This document shows positions 42,358-53,656 of a stretch of DNA of 64,000 bases, in pieces. A program made the position numbers and the translations under genes. Every line of letters begins with the position of its first letter. Position 1 is the first letter of the stretch. The notes under the pieces are model-generated. The model did no database searches and had not been told where the DNA came from. It saw nothing but the letters and a program-made list of their open reading frames with translations. This DNA comes from an uncultured cyanobacterium (GTDB lineage: Bacteria > Cyanobacteriota > Cyanobacteriia > PCC-6307 > Cyanobiaceae), in NCBI GenBank assembly GCA_963765575.1, contig CAVXWZ010000011.1, forward strand, positions 320,001-384,000, given 5' to 3'.

Positions 42358-44028
42358 TCAGCTGCCTTTCTCCTTGCAGATGTCCTGCACCAGCTTCTTC
42401 TCGAAGTCGTTCTCCGGTGCCACCCAGGTGTTCCATTGCCCTGCGGGGGTGGTGCTGTTGAGCTTCTCGGCCGTGCAGTTCACCGCCATGTAGCGGGCTT
42501 TGCCATCCTTGCTGAGGCTGGGGGCCACGTAGCTTCCCCCCATCGAGCGCCACTTCGACCAGTCGATCTGAAGGGGGCCGTAGGGCCGCCAGTCGCCACT
42601 GGTGCCGGTGTTGGCGGCGGTGCGGGTCGCGGTGGCCGTTGCCGCCGGCGCCGCCGTGCGCCGCCGTTGCTGCCGTTGCTGCCGTTGCCACTGTGGTGGT
42701 GGAGGTGGTGCGGGTCGCCTGGGAGCCGACTTTGGCCGCCGTGGTCGAGACCGCTGCCGTGGTGGCTGTCACGCCGCCGGTGGCCGCCCCGATCCTGCTG
42801 ACTGGGGTGGCGGCCGCGGTGGTTGCTGTTTTTCCGTGGTCGGCTGTGGTCGTGGCTGTGGTCGCTGTCCTGCTGGTTGGCGTGGGTCGCGGCTGCACCC
42901 GTGGCTGGCTCACCGGCACTGCGGCTTTCGGCGCTGTGGCTTTGGCGCTGCGGCTTTGGGCGCTGCGGCGCTCGCTGCCGCTGCTGCCCCTGCTGCCGCG
43001 GCTGAGGTTGGGGCGGCCGCTCGGCTCTGGGGCGCCGGGCGGCTGCTGGCCGCGGCAACGGCTGGCTGGCTGGTGGCGGCCGCTGGCGCTTTGGCCTGAG
43101 CCCTCGGCTGAGCCTGCGGCGCTGGCTGGGCCACTGGGGCGGGGGCCGGCTTCGCGGCTGCCTGGGGTGTGGGGCTGGCGGCTGGCTTGGGTTTGGCGGC
43201 TGGTGGGGTGCCCCGCAGCTTCAACGTCGAGCCCGCCAGCAGCCGGTCGGGGTCGTCGATGCTGTTGAGCGCCACGAGCTGGCTCACCGAGGTGCCGTAG
43301 CGCTCGGCAATCGCCGAGAGGCTCTCGCCCCCCTGCACCTCGTGCTCCTGGGTCTTGCGGTCGGGTGTGGAGGGCTTGGCGGCGGCGCTGGCTGCTTTGA
43401 CTGGCGCCTTGGCGGCGGGTTTGGCGGTCCCGCGGTTGGCCGTCATGGGAATGCGCAGGCGGGTGCCGCTGTTCACCTGGTCGGGGTTCTGGATGGCGTT
43501 CAGCTCGATCAGGCGCGAGGTGCTGGTGTTGAACCGCACCGCGATCTCCGAGAGCGTCTCCCCGCTCTTGACGGTGTAAGGGGCGGTGGGCTGGCTGCGC
43601 GCCGCCGAAGCGCCACTGCCGCCGCTGCCCGCGGGGATGGTGAGGCGCTCGCCCACCACCACCAGATCGGCATCGCTGATGCCGTTGGCCTGCATCAGTC
43701 GGGTCAGGCCCACGCCATGGCGCTCGGCGATGGCGGAGAGGGTGTCGCCTTCCTGCACGGTCACCCGACCACCACGGGCTGAGGCTGAGCCCCCCGCCCG
43801 GCCGGAACCACCGGGGATGGTGAGGCGCTGGCCCACCACCACCAGGTCGGGATCACTGATGCCGTTGGTCTGCATCAGGCGGCTGAGGCTGACGCCATGG
43901 CGCTCGGCGATCTCCGAGAGGGTTTCCCCCGCCTTCACCACCACGGCCTGGGCCCGAGCGGCTGGGGCCAGCAGCGCGGCGGTGGGCAGGGCCATCGCCA
44001 GGGCCAGGGCGGCAAGGGTGCGGCGCAT
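42358..44028 (-). CDS. LysM x4 peptidoglycan-binding exported protein (two apparent frameshifts)
   Basis: Signal peptide, four GETLSEIA-type LysM repeats, Ala/Thr/Pro linker, C-terminal WRPYGPLQIDWSKW...AVNC domain. Confidence 0.85.
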
Positions 44029-44117
44029 GGGCTCCAGGAGGTTGCTGGGCGAACGTTAAGGGTCCAAGCCCGCCCGATCCAGTGCCGCCAGCGTGCCGAT
44101 GCTCCGCCGGCCGCCAC

Positions 44118-45506
44118 TCAGCCGAGCAGCCGCTGCACCAGCGCCAGCTTGCCGGCGTAGGGGGGGTAACGCAGGGGCAGATCCAGCCAGAAGGGCCGCC
44201 TGAGCACGCTGCGCAGGTGGGAGAAGGTGAGAAAGCCGGCCTCGCCGTGGTAGCGGCCCATGCCGCTGTCGCCCACGCCGCCGAAGCCCAGCTGGCTGGT
44301 GCCGGCCTGCATCACCACGTCGTTGAAGCACACCCCGCCGGAACTGGTGGTCGCCAAGGTGCGGCGCTGGGCCCCACGGCTGTTGCTGAACAGGTAGAGC
44401 GCCAGGGGCTTCGGCCTGCTGCGCACCCGGGCCAGGGCGTCCTCGAGATCGGTCACACCCACGATCGGCAGCAGGGGGCCGAACAGCTCCTCCTGCATCA
44501 GCGGATCGTCGTCGGTCTCCACCGCCAGCAGGGTGGGCTCGATGCGCCGCCGCTGCGGATCGGTGTGGCCGCCGTGCAGCACCTGACCCCGCTCCTTGGC
44601 GCCGGCGAGCAGCCGGGCCAGGCGGTCGTACTGCGCCTGGTTGACGATCGAGGCGAGGTCCTCGCTGGCCAGGGGATCGGGGCCGTGGAAGCGTTGCAGC
44701 TCCGCCACCAGAGCCGCCACCAGGCGATCGCGCAGGGGGGCCTCCACCAGCACGTGGTCGGGGGCGATGCAGGTCTGGCCGGCGTTGATGCTCTTGCCCC
44801 AGGCCAGCCGCCGGGCCGTCACCCCCAGATCGGCATCGGTGAGCACGATCGCGGGACTCTTGCCGCCGAGTTCGAGGGTCACCGGCGTGAGATGGCGCGC
44901 GGCCGCCGCCATCACCAGCTGGCCCACCCGGCCACCGCCGGTGAAAAAGATGTGATCGAAGCGCTCCTCCAGCAGCTCGGCCGCGACCTTGCCGTCACCG
45001 CACACCACCTGAACGATCGTGGGTGGGAAGACCTCGGCGATCGCTGAGGCGATCAGGGCCGCCGTGCGCGGAGCGTGCTCCGAGGGCTTGAGCACCACGC
45101 TGTTGCCGGCCGCCAGGGCGCTCACCAGGGGGTGGAGGCAGAGCTGAAAGGGGTAGTTCCAGGGGCCGATGATCAGCACGCAGCCGAGGGGTTCGGCCTG
45201 CTCATAGGCGCGGCCGGGCTTCAGGGGCAGATCCACCGGCACCGGGCGCGGCGCCATCCAGCGGCGCAGCCGCCGGCGGCTGAGCTTCAGTTCCTGTTGC
45301 ACCGCCACCAGCTCGAAGCTGGCCTCCAGTGGCGGTTTGCCGAGGTCGGCGGCCAGGGCCTCGAGCACCTGCTCGCGGTGACCGGCAAGCAGGGAGTCGA
45401 GGCGATCGAGCTGCTGCAGCCGCCAGGCCAGCGGGCGCGTGTGCCCGAGGCTCACCGGCTCGCGCATGGCCTCGAGGGAGTGGATCAACGGCGAGGTGGT
45501 GCGCAT
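44118..45506 (-). CDS. Aldehyde dehydrogenase (class 3-like)
   Basis: PWNYP, KPSE, FTGG, LELGGKSP, GQTCIAPD, EELFGP. Confidence 0.95.
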   Translation of the reverse strand: MRTTSPLIHSLEAMREPVSLGHTRPLAWRLQQLDRLDSLLAGHREQVLEALAADLGKPPLEASFELVAVQQELKLSRRRLRRWMAPRPVPVDLPLKPGRAYEQAEPLGCVLIIGPWNYPFQLCLHPLVSALAAGNSVVLKPSEHAPRTAALIASAIAEVFPPTIVQVVCGDGKVAAELLEERFDHIFFTGGGRVGQLVMAAAARHLTPVTLELGGKSPAIVLTDADLGVTARRLAWGKSINAGQTCIAPDHVLVEAPLRDRLVAALVAELQRFHGPDPLASEDLASIVNQAQYDRLARLLAGAKERGQVLHGGHTDPQRRRIEPTLLAVETDDDPLMQEELFGPLLPIVGVTDLEDALARVRSRPKPLALYLFSNSRGAQRRTLATTSSGGVCFNDVVMQAGTSQLGFGGVGDSGMGRYHGEAGFLTFSHLRSVLRRPFWLDLPLRYPPYAGKLALVQRLLG

Positions 45507-45932
45507 GCCGGGGGCGGGATCGGCTGGGGTCCCACCCTGGCAAACGCCGCTGGCCGTCGGGATCGCTTCACGCTTCGAGCTCCAGCGGGAGGAGTCGGCA
45601 GGATGGAGGCCATTGATGCGCTCCGGTGTCCGTTCCGCCTGCGCCGCGCCATCGGCGAGCGGGCCGGACCGGGAGAACCGGTCACGGTCACGGTCACGGC
45701 CACGGTCTGGCTGGCGTGACCCTGATCGAGAGCCCCGGAGAAGGGGCGAGTAGCTCAGGGGCGTCAGTGCCGATGGGGATTGGCGGCCTGATCGTCAGCA
45801 CCTGTAATCGCCAGCAGGCTGAGTGATCGCTCGTGGTGCTCAATCGGTTGACCACCCAGTTGTCACACCATGGATATTCGATTGTTGGACTACCCACAAC
45901 AGATGCAGTTGCATTCTCCGCCCGCATCTGAT

Positions 45933-45977
45933 GCAGTGCCACGAAAGCAGTGCCACGAAAGCAGTGCGACGAAAGCA
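45933..45977. repeat. 14-bp tandem repeat GCAGTGCCACGAAA x3
   Basis: Read directly; third unit has one substitution. Confidence 0.8.
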
Positions 45978-46006
45978 AGGCGACGTTGTGGGCTGGGTCT
46001 GGGGTA

Positions 46007-46078
<72 letters not shown>

Positions 46079-46089
46079 ATGTGGAAAGG

Positions 46090-46171
46090 TGGGCCGGGTT
46101 GGATTTGAACCAACGTAGGCAGAGCCAGCGGATTTACAGTCCGCCCCCATTAACCACTCGGGCACCGACCC
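46090..46171 (-). tRNA. tRNA-Tyr(GTA)
   Basis: GGGTCGGTGCCCGAGTGG...CTGTAAA, long variable arm. Confidence 0.97.
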
Positions 46172-46218
46172 GAACCACACTCCAAGAACTTACCAGCCGG
46201 CCCCCCGGCTGATCTCCC

Positions 46219-46659
46219 ATGCAGCTGCTCGCCATCCATGGACCCAACCTCAACCTGCTGGGCAGCCGCGAACCGGCCCTCTACGGCAGCGCGACCCTGG
46301 AGCAGATCGATGCCCGGCTGCGCCGCCAGGCCGAGGCGCTGGGCGCCGCGATCGACTGCTTTCAGAGCAATCACGAGGGGGCCCTGGTGGACCGCATCCA
46401 GCAGGGCCGCGGGATGGTGGCGGGAATCCTGATCAATGCCGGCGCCTACACCCACACCTCGATCGCCATCCGCGATGCCCTGCTGGCGACGGCCATCCCC
46501 TATGTGGAGCTGCACCTGAGCAACACCCACGCCCGGGAGTCTTTCCGGCAGCGCTCGTTGCTGGCCGACCGGGCCCTGGGGGTGATCTGCGGCTTCGGCT
46601 CCCACAGCTACGGTCTTGCCCTTGAGGGCCTGGTGGCCCATCTGCGCGAGGGTTCGTGA
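46219..46659 (+). CDS. aroQ: Type II 3-dehydroquinate dehydratase
   Basis: [36 protein letters not shown]. Confidence 0.97.
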   Translation: MQLLAIHGPNLNLLGSREPALYGSATLEQIDARLRRQAEALGAAIDCFQSNHEGALVDRIQQGRGMVAGILINAGAYTHTSIAIRDALLATAIPYVELHLSNTHARESFRQRSLLADRALGVICGFGSHSYGLALEGLVAHLREGS

Positions 46660-47267
46660 GCGTTGCCGCAGCCGACACCGCCGCGGCCCGCATCCGCTGG
46701 CTGGCGGCGCCCAGTTCCCCAGCCTGGCTGGAGCAGGCCCTGGCCCAGCCCGAGCTGGTGCTGATCGACCACGCCCACTGCGAGCGCAAGGCGGCGGGGG
46801 CGGCCCTGCAGCTGATGTTCCGCTATCCCGGCGATGGCGACCTGGCGGCGGTGCTCAGTCCGCTGGCGCGGGAGGAGCTGCAGCACTTCGAGCGCGTGCT
46901 GGCCCTGTTGCAGCGGCGCGGCATCCCCCTGCGGCCCCTGGCGGCACCGCCCTACGGCAGCGAACTGGGTAAGGCGGTGCGGCGCCAGGAACCCGAGCGC
47001 ATGCTCGACACCTTCCTGGTGGCCGGCCTGATCGAGGCCCGCAGCCACGAGCGCATGGCCCTGCTGGCCGAGCATTCCCCCGATGCGGAATTGCGGCGGC
47101 TGTACGCCGACCTGCTCGCCAGTGAGGCCCGCCACTTCGGTCTCTACTGGCTGCTCTGCGAACGGCGCTGGCCCCGCCCTCTGATCAGCGAGCGCCTGCA
47201 GGCACTGGCCGCCGTGGAGGCCTCGCTGCTGGCCCGCCTGCACCCCGAGCCCCGCATGCACAGCTGA
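46656..47267 (+). CDS. miaE: tRNA-(ms2io6A) hydroxylase
   Basis: [30 protein letters not shown] di-iron motifs. Confidence 0.94.
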   Translation: MSVAAADTAAARIRWLAAPSSPAWLEQALAQPELVLIDHAHCERKAAGAALQLMFRYPGDGDLAAVLSPLAREELQHFERVLALLQRRGIPLRPLAAPPYGSELGKAVRRQEPERMLDTFLVAGLIEARSHERMALLAEHSPDAELRRLYADLLASEARHFGLYWLLCERRWPRPLISERLQALAAVEASLLARLHPEPRMHS

Positions 47268-47849
47268 TCAGGGGCTGGTGCGCTGCTCGTCGAGCAGCGG
47301 GTAGCTGGCGGCGATGGGATCGCCGCTGAAGTTCGCCACCCAGCCCTCGGGATTGCCGAAGAAGCGCAGTGCACAGAAGTGGGGCTGGGGCCCCATGTCG
47401 AACCAGTGGCGGGTGCCGGCCGGTACGGCGATCCAGTCGTCGGCTTCGCAGATCACCTGCAGCACCTCCGCGCCGATGTGCAGGCAGAAGAGGCCGCGTC
47501 CCTCCACGAAGAAGCGCACCTCGTCCTCGCTGTGGGTGTGCTCCGCCAGAAACTTTCTGCGCAGGGCCCGGCGATCGGGATGGTCGGGTGTGAGCCGGAT
47601 GGCGTCCACCGTGGGGTAGTCCCCCTGCCGCTGCACCTGGGTGATCTCCTCGGCGTAGGCGCTGAGGATCTGCTCCGCTGCGGCGCCCTCCGGCAGGGCG
47701 GTGCGGGCCGGCCAGCGTTGGAAACGGATGCCGCGGGCGGCCAGTTGTCGCTGGATCTCCTCGCCGTCGGCGGTGGCCAGCACGGGTGCGGCCGGCTCGC
47801 CGCTGACCGCTGGACTGGCAGGGTGCCGATAGATGGTGAGCGCACTCAT
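47268..47849 (-). CDS. mtnD: Acireductone dioxygenase
   Basis: KFLAEHTHSEDEVRFF, VPAGTRHWFD cupin. Confidence 0.94.
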   Translation of the reverse strand: MSALTIYRHPASPAVSGEPAAPVLATADGEEIQRQLAARGIRFQRWPARTALPEGAAAEQILSAYAEEITQVQRQGDYPTVDAIRLTPDHPDRRALRRKFLAEHTHSEDEVRFFVEGRGLFCLHIGAEVLQVICEADDWIAVPAGTRHWFDMGPQPHFCALRFFGNPEGWVANFSGDPIAASYPLLDEQRTSP

Positions 47850-47883
47850 GGCTGGCCCAGCGCCGATTCAGATCAGCGTAGGT

Positions 47884-48630
47884 ATGGCTCCGCCCGGCCT
47901 CACCCTGGTGGGGGTGGGGCCGGGCGATCCGGAGCTGCTGAGCGTGGCGGCGCTGCGGGCGATTCGGGCGGCGGCGGTGGTGGCCTACCCCGTGGCCCGC
48001 GAGGGCGCCGAGGGCATGGCCGCGGCGATCGCGGCGCCGTGGCTGGAGCCGGCTCAGCGCCGGCTGCCGCTGCTGTTCCCGATGGTGGCGGAGGCAGCCC
48101 CCCGCATCGCCGCCTGGCACGCGGCCGCCGATGCCCTGGCGGCGGAGGTGGCGGCCGGCTCGGCGGTGGTGCTGCTCTGTGAGGGCGACGTGTCGCTGTT
48201 CGCCAGCAGCAGCTACGTGCTGCTGGCCCTGCGCCAGCGCCATCCCGCCTGCCCCGTGCGGCTGGTGCCCGGGGTGCCGGCGGTGTGTGCGGCGGCGGCG
48301 GCCTCCGGTGCCGGCCTTCCCTGGCCCCTGGCGCTGCAGAGCGAGGCCCTGCTGATCCGTCCCACCCCGGACAGCGCGGCCGAGCTGGAGCCGCTGCTGG
48401 AGCGCGCCGCCAACGAGGCCACGGTGCTGGCCCTGCTCAAGCTGGGTCAGCGCTGGCGCTGGGTGCGGCCACTGCTGGGGCGGCGGGGGCTGCTGGCGGG
48501 GGCGCTGTTCGCCCAGCGGGTGGGCTGGCCCGATCAGCTGGTGACGGCGGCGGCGGCGGTGCCAGCCCAGGAGTGCCCCTACTTCTCCTTGTTGCTGATC
48601 CGCCAGGGCTGGCCGGCGGTGCTGCCGTGA
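47884..48630 (+). CDS. cobI: Precorrin-2 C20-methyltransferase
   Basis: GVGPGDPELL, FPM, CEGDVSLF, VPGV, PYFS. Confidence 0.9.
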   Translation: MAPPGLTLVGVGPGDPELLSVAALRAIRAAAVVAYPVAREGAEGMAAAIAAPWLEPAQRRLPLLFPMVAEAAPRIAAWHAAADALAAEVAAGSAVVLLCEGDVSLFASSSYVLLALRQRHPACPVRLVPGVPAVCAAAAASGAGLPWPLALQSEALLIRPTPDSAAELEPLLERAANEATVLALLKLGQRWRWVRPLLGRRGLLAGALFAQRVGWPDQLVTAAAAVPAQECPYFSLLLIRQGWPAVLP

Positions 48631-49665
48631 TCCAGCGCCTGCTCGAGCAGCGCCAGGGCCGCGGCGGGGGAGGGGGCCCGCATCAGGGCATGGCGCAGCT
48701 GGGGAGCGCCGGGGAAGCCGGTGCAGGTCCAGCCCATGTGCTTGCGGGCGATCAGCAGGCCGTGGTCGCCCCTGGCCGCCACCAGGGCCTGCAGCTGCTC
48801 GGCGGCCAGGGCCAGGCGCTGCGGCGGGCCGGGTGTGGGGGGGATCGGCCGGCCGCGCAGGGCCGCATCGATCTGGCCCACCAGCCAGGGGGCGCCCATG
48901 GTGCCGCGTCCCACCATCACGCCGTCGGCGCCGGTGCGCTGCAGGCAGCGGTGGGCGTCGCCGGGGCTGTTGATGTCGCCGTTGGCGATCACCGGAATGG
49001 CCAGGGCCCGCTTCACCGCCGCGATGGCGTCCCAGTCGGCGCGGCCCTTGAAGCCCTGCTCGCGGCTGCGGCCGTGCAGGGTGAGCAGCTGGGCACCGGC
49101 GTCCTCCAGCTGGCGGCACCAGGTCACGGCGGTGGTGGACAGCTCGGCGCCGCCGCACCAACTCAGACGGGTTTTCACGGTCACCGGAATCCGCACCGCC
49201 GCCGCCACCGTCTCCACGATCCGGGCCGCCAGGTCGGGGTCGCGGATCAGGCCGCTGCCGCCCCCCTTGCGGGCGATCTTCTTCACCGGGCAGCCCATGT
49301 TGATGTCGATCAGGAAGGCCCCGGCGGCCTCGGCGCGCCTGGCGGCATCGGCCATCGCCTGCGGCCGGTAGTCGAACAGCTGCACGCCGATCGGCCCGCT
49401 TTCCTCGCCCAGCTCCTCCACCTTCTGCAGGCCGTGGCCCAGCTCCAGGCTGGTGGCGTTCACCATCTCGGTGAACAGCAGCGCGTCGGTGGCCCAGCGC
49501 CGCACCAGGCCGCGGAAGATGCGATCGCTCACCCCGGCCAGGGGCGACTGCAGCACCCGGCTGTGCAGGGTGCGAGCAACCCCTCGACCGGGCAGGATGA
49601 GCGGCTCCGCCAGCGCGGGCGCCGACGGCCAGCGGCGGCAGGGACGGGGCGGGGGTGACGATCAT
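48579..49665 (-). CDS. dusB: tRNA-dihydrouridine synthase B (5' end apparently frameshifted near 49630)
   Basis: SPLAGVSD, DINMGCPVKK, HGR, NGDI, MVGRG; ORF track calls 48579-49556. Confidence 0.9.
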
Positions 49666-49713
49666 GGTGACTCCATCCTCCCGTTCCCGCTCTCCCCTTG
49701 CGCCCCCTTGGCC

Positions 49714-50177
49714 GTGTCCGCAGCCCCCATCCCCTTCCCGCTCAGCCGCAGCCTGCTGGAGGCGGTGCTGGCCGACCGCACCAGCGACCGCTTCGTGTGT
49801 GAGCTGATCTGGCCCCGCCTCGGCTACGAGCTGGACGGCTCCGGCGCTGGTGTGCGGGTCCGGCCGCGGGCCCTGTCTGGCGGGAGTCGTTTGCGATCGA
49901 GCCCCAGTTCATCGCCCGGCGCCCCCCCAACGTGGCCCTCACCCGCGCCATCGCTCGCGAGCACAAGCAGCTGCTCAAGGAGCAGCTGGGCTTCGGTGGC
50001 TACCGCATCGGCGAGCTCTATCCGCGCCGCACCCGCCGGGCCACGGCGGTGAATTGGCTGCTGGCCGATCTGGCCCTGCGCGCCGAGCCCCTCCCCGACA
50101 CGGGCCCCCTGCCGGCGCTGCTCAGCGCGCCGGCCGATCCGGTGCGCGGCCATCCCGGCGATCTGCCGGTGACCTGA
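49714..50177 (+). CDS. DUF1823-like cyanobacterial protein (frameshifted near 49847)
   Basis: [15 protein letters not shown] in one frame; [40 protein letters not shown] in another. Confidence 0.75.
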
Positions 50178-50257
50178 GGCGGCCGCGGCTGGCGGCTGCA
50201 ACGTTTGGATCCCGTCTCTGTAGGGTCAAGGGTCGAACCTTGATAGCGATCAACTCC

Positions 50258-51613
50258 TTGGCCCAGCCGGTCGTCGCCATCATCGGTCGCCCCAATGTGG
50301 GCAAATCCACCCTCGTGAACCGGCTCTGCCGCAGCCGTGAGGCGATCGTGCACGACCAGCCCGGCGTGACCCGCGACCGCACTTATCAGGAGGGTTTCTG
50401 GGGCGACCGCAGCTTCCGCGTGGTTGACACCGGCGGCCTGGTGTTCGATGACGACAGTGAATTTCTGCCGGAAATCCGCGAGCAGGCCAACCTGGCCCTG
50501 GCTGAGGCGGCGGTCGCCCTGGTGATCGTGGATGGCCAGCAGGGCTGCACCGCGGCCGATGAGGCGATCGCCACTTGGCTGCGCAGCCAGGCGGTGCCGG
50601 TGCTGCTGGCGGTGAACAAGTGCGAGTCGCCCGAGAAGGGGCTGGCCCTGGCGGCGGACTTCTGGGGGTTGGGGCTCGGGGAACCCCATCCGATCTCGGC
50701 AATCCACGGCGCCGGCACCGGCGACCTGCTCGACAAGGTGCTGGGCTTTCTGCCCCCCGGTGGGGAGGAGGAGGTCGAGGAGCCGATCCAAATGGCGATC
50801 GTGGGACGCCCCAATGTGGGCAAATCGAGCCTGCTCAATGCCATCTGCGGTGAGAATCGGGCGATTGTGAGCCCGATCCGCGGCACCACCCGCGACACGA
50901 TCGACACCACCATCGACCGCGAGGGTCACACCTGGAAGATCCTCGACACGGCCGGCATTCGCCGCAAGCGCTCGGTGAGCTACGGCCCGGAGTACTTCGG
51001 CATCAACCGCAGCTTCAAGGCCATCGAGCGCAGCGATGTGTGCGTGCTGGTGATCGATGCCCTCGATGGTGTCACCGAGCAGGATCAGCGCCTCGCCGGC
51101 CGCATCGAGGAGGACGGCCGCGCCTGCGTGGTGGTGGTGAACAAGTGGGACGCCATCGAGAAGGACAGCCACACCATGGCGGCGATGGAAAAGGAACTCC
51201 GCGCCAAGCTCTACTTCCTCGACTGGGCGGGGATGCTGTTCACCTCCGCCCTCACCGGCCAGCGGGTGCAGAGCGTCTTCGCCCTGGCGCTGCTGGCGGT
51301 GGAGCAGCACCGCCGGCGGGTCACCACCTCGGTGGTGAACGAGGTGCTCACTGAAGCGCTCAGCTGGCGCACCCCTCCCACCAGCCGCGGTGGCCGCGCC
51401 GGCCGCCTCTATTACGGCACCCAGGTGGCCACCCGGCCACCCAGCTTCACCCTGTTCATCAACGACCCCAAGCTGTTCGGCGAGACCTACCGCCGCTACA
51501 TCGAGCGCCAGATCCGCGAGGGCCTGGGCTTTGAGGGCACCCCGATCCGCCTGTTCTGGCGCGGCAAGCAGCAGCGCGAAGCCGAGCGGGATCTGGACCG
51601 GGTCAAGCACTGA
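50258..51613 (+). CDS. der: Ribosome biogenesis GTPase Der/EngA
   Basis: Two GRPNVGKS G-domains and KH-like tail; TTG start. Confidence 0.97.
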   Translation: MAQPVVAIIGRPNVGKSTLVNRLCRSREAIVHDQPGVTRDRTYQEGFWGDRSFRVVDTGGLVFDDDSEFLPEIREQANLALAEAAVALVIVDGQQGCTAADEAIATWLRSQAVPVLLAVNKCESPEKGLALAADFWGLGLGEPHPISAIHGAGTGDLLDKVLGFLPPGGEEEVEEPIQMAIVGRPNVGKSSLLNAICGENRAIVSPIRGTTRDTIDTTIDREGHTWKILDTAGIRRKRSVSYGPEYFGINRSFKAIERSDVCVLVIDALDGVTEQDQRLAGRIEEDGRACVVVVNKWDAIEKDSHTMAAMEKELRAKLYFLDWAGMLFTSALTGQRVQSVFALALLAVEQHRRRVTTSVVNEVLTEALSWRTPPTSRGGRAGRLYYGTQVATRPPSFTLFINDPKLFGETYRRYIERQIREGLGFEGTPIRLFWRGKQQREAERDLDRVKH

Positions 51614-52576
51614 TTGGATTTCCTGCGCCAGCTGCCGATCGGCCAGTACGTCGCCGAGGAACCCGATGCCTCCGGCGCCCGGCGCGATGGCAGCTGGCTG
51701 CGGCGTCTCGATGCCCGCCTCAAGCTGGCCTGGACCGTGGCCTTCCTGGTCACCCCCATCCTGGCCGGGCCGATCTGGCGCCTGGCCCTGGTGGGGGTGC
51801 TGCTGTTGATCACCGCCTGCAGCGGCCTGCCCTGGCGGCTATGGCGCCGCAGCCTGCCGCTGCTGCTGGCCCTGGCGCTGCTGGTGGGGGGGCTCGCCAC
51901 GGTGCTGCCGTCCGGGGCGGTGCCGCCGGCACCCCTGCAGCGGCCGCCGGCCGAGGTGCGGCTGCAGCCCGGTGCGCCGCTGCAGCCCGCGGCGGAGCGC
52001 AGCGGCAAGGCCTGGGAGCTGGTGCGCTGGGGCCCACTGCAGCTGGGGCCCGTGTCCCTGGGCCCGCTGGTGGTCAACCGCCGCTCGGCCCGGCTGGGTC
52101 TGAATGGCTCCACCCTGCTGTTCACCCTGGTGCACAGCGCCAACCTGATGCTGCTCACCACCCGCCCGGAGGAGTTGGTATGGGCGATCAGCTGGCTGCT
52201 GACGCCCCTGGCGCGCCTGGGTTGGCCGATGCAGCGCCTCGGTTTCACCCTGTTGCTGGCGCTGCGGTTCCTGCCCCTGGTGCAGGAGGAATTGCAGAAT
52301 CTGCTGCGCTCGGTGGCCACGCGGGCGGTGAATCTGCGCCAACTGGGCTGGCGGCCGTCCCTGGGACTGGTGCTGGCGGTGGGCGAGCGGCTGCTGGCCA
52401 ACCTGCTGCTGCGCTCGGAGCAGGGGGCCGAAGCCCTGCTGGCCCGCGGTGGCCGGTGGCTGCCGCCGGAGCAGTTGCACCGCCGGGAACCGCCGCGGCC
52501 CTGGCTCAACCTGGCGGCCCTGCTGGGTCTGATCGGCCTGCTGGGGCTGCGTTGGAGTGTTGGAGGTCCGCGGTGA
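51614..52576 (+). CDS. ECF transporter T component (CbiQ/EcfT family)
   Basis: PIGQY, LDARLKL, LTT.PEEL, LALRFLPLVQEE, ARG motifs. Confidence 0.9.
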   Translation: MDFLRQLPIGQYVAEEPDASGARRDGSWLRRLDARLKLAWTVAFLVTPILAGPIWRLALVGVLLLITACSGLPWRLWRRSLPLLLALALLVGGLATVLPSGAVPPAPLQRPPAEVRLQPGAPLQPAAERSGKAWELVRWGPLQLGPVSLGPLVVNRRSARLGLNGSTLLFTLVHSANLMLLTTRPEELVWAISWLLTPLARLGWPMQRLGFTLLLALRFLPLVQEELQNLLRSVATRAVNLRQLGWRPSLGLVLAVGERLLANLLLRSEQGAEALLARGGRWLPPEQLHRREPPRPWLNLAALLGLIGLLGLRWSVGGPR

Positions 52577-52606
52577 ACTTAAATACCTCGCAGTGCTGAT
52601 GGCTGA

Positions 52607-52873
52607 GTGACCTCCGAGCGCTACCTCAACCACCCCACCTTCGGGATGCTCTATCGCGTGGCGCCGGTGGCTGACGGGCGAGATCTCTATGCCACCCTCT
52701 ACGCCCAGCGCATCTTCTTTCTGGTGGCGTTGCAGCCCCGGGGCGCCAGTTTTGAGGTGGTGCCGCTGATGGATGCGCGCCACTACGCCGAACAGAACCT
52801 GGCCCGCTCCCGCCGCGACCGTTCCTCGGCCCATCCCTACTGGCGCCAACTGTTTGACCAGACCTTCATCTGA
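52607..52873 (+). CDS. pipX: PII-interacting protein X
   Basis: ERYLNHPTFGMLY...YATLYAQRIFFLV. Confidence 0.95.
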   Translation: MTSERYLNHPTFGMLYRVAPVADGRDLYATLYAQRIFFLVALQPRGASFEVVPLMDARHYAEQNLARSRRDRSSAHPYWRQLFDQTFI

Positions 52874-52901
52874 GCCGCCACCCGACGCGCCCGCTGAGCC
52901 G

Positions 52902-53564
52902 TTGCCCATCGACGCCGCTGGCCTGAAGCAGCGGCTCCAGGACCTGCTCCAGGACCTGCCGGCCAGCACCCGGCTGCTGGCCGTGAGCAAGGGCCAGCCG
53001 GCGGCCCTGCTGCGGGAGGCGGTGGCGGCGGGCCAGCGCTGCTTTGGCGAGAGCCGCCTGCAGGAGGCGGTGGCCAAGCAGGCCGAGCTGGCCGACCTCG
53101 AACCCCTGGACTGGCATTTCATCGGCCGCCTCCAGGCCAACAAGGCCCGCGGCGTGCTGCGCCACTTCGGCACGATCCACTCGCTGGACAGCCTGGCCCT
53201 GGCCCGCCGCCTGGCCCGCATTGCCGCTGAGGAGGGCCTCAGCCCGGCGGTGCTGTTCCAGGTGAAGCTGCGTCCTGACCCGGCCAAGGCGGGGTTTGAA
53301 CCCCAGGAGCTGCGGCAGTGCCGGTCCCAGTGGGCCGACCTCAAGCCGCTGCGCCCCGTGGGCCTGATGACCATCCCCCCGCTGGGGCTCGATGCCCCCC
53401 AGCGGCTGGCCCTGTTTCGGGAGTGTGCCGCCCTGGCCGCCGAGCTGGATCTGGCCGAACTGTCGATGGGGATGAGCGGCGACTGGCGTGAGGCCGCCGC
53501 CGCCGGCAGCACCTGGGTGCGGATCGGCACGGCCCTCTTCGGTGCCCGTCCGCAGCGCGTCTGA
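52902..53564 (+). CDS. pipY: PLP homeostasis protein (YggS/PipY)
   Basis: [42 protein letters not shown]. Confidence 0.93.
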   Translation: MPIDAAGLKQRLQDLLQDLPASTRLLAVSKGQPAALLREAVAAGQRCFGESRLQEAVAKQAELADLEPLDWHFIGRLQANKARGVLRHFGTIHSLDSLALARRLARIAAEEGLSPAVLFQVKLRPDPAKAGFEPQELRQCRSQWADLKPLRPVGLMTIPPLGLDAPQRLALFRECAALAAELDLAELSMGMSGDWREAAAAGSTWVRIGTALFGARPQRV

Positions 53565-53656
53565 GGGCCTGGCCAGGGCCAAGAATCGCTTCTCTGGCTT
53601 GCGATCTGCTCCTTGAGGCGCTATTCAGGTCGAAAGCTTCCCGAGAGGTTTGCTCC

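Noticed and set aside
46080..46088. TGTGGAAAG as a DnaA box
   Set aside because: Single mismatched copy in the short tRNA-Tyr/tRNA-Thr spacer; chance is sufficient
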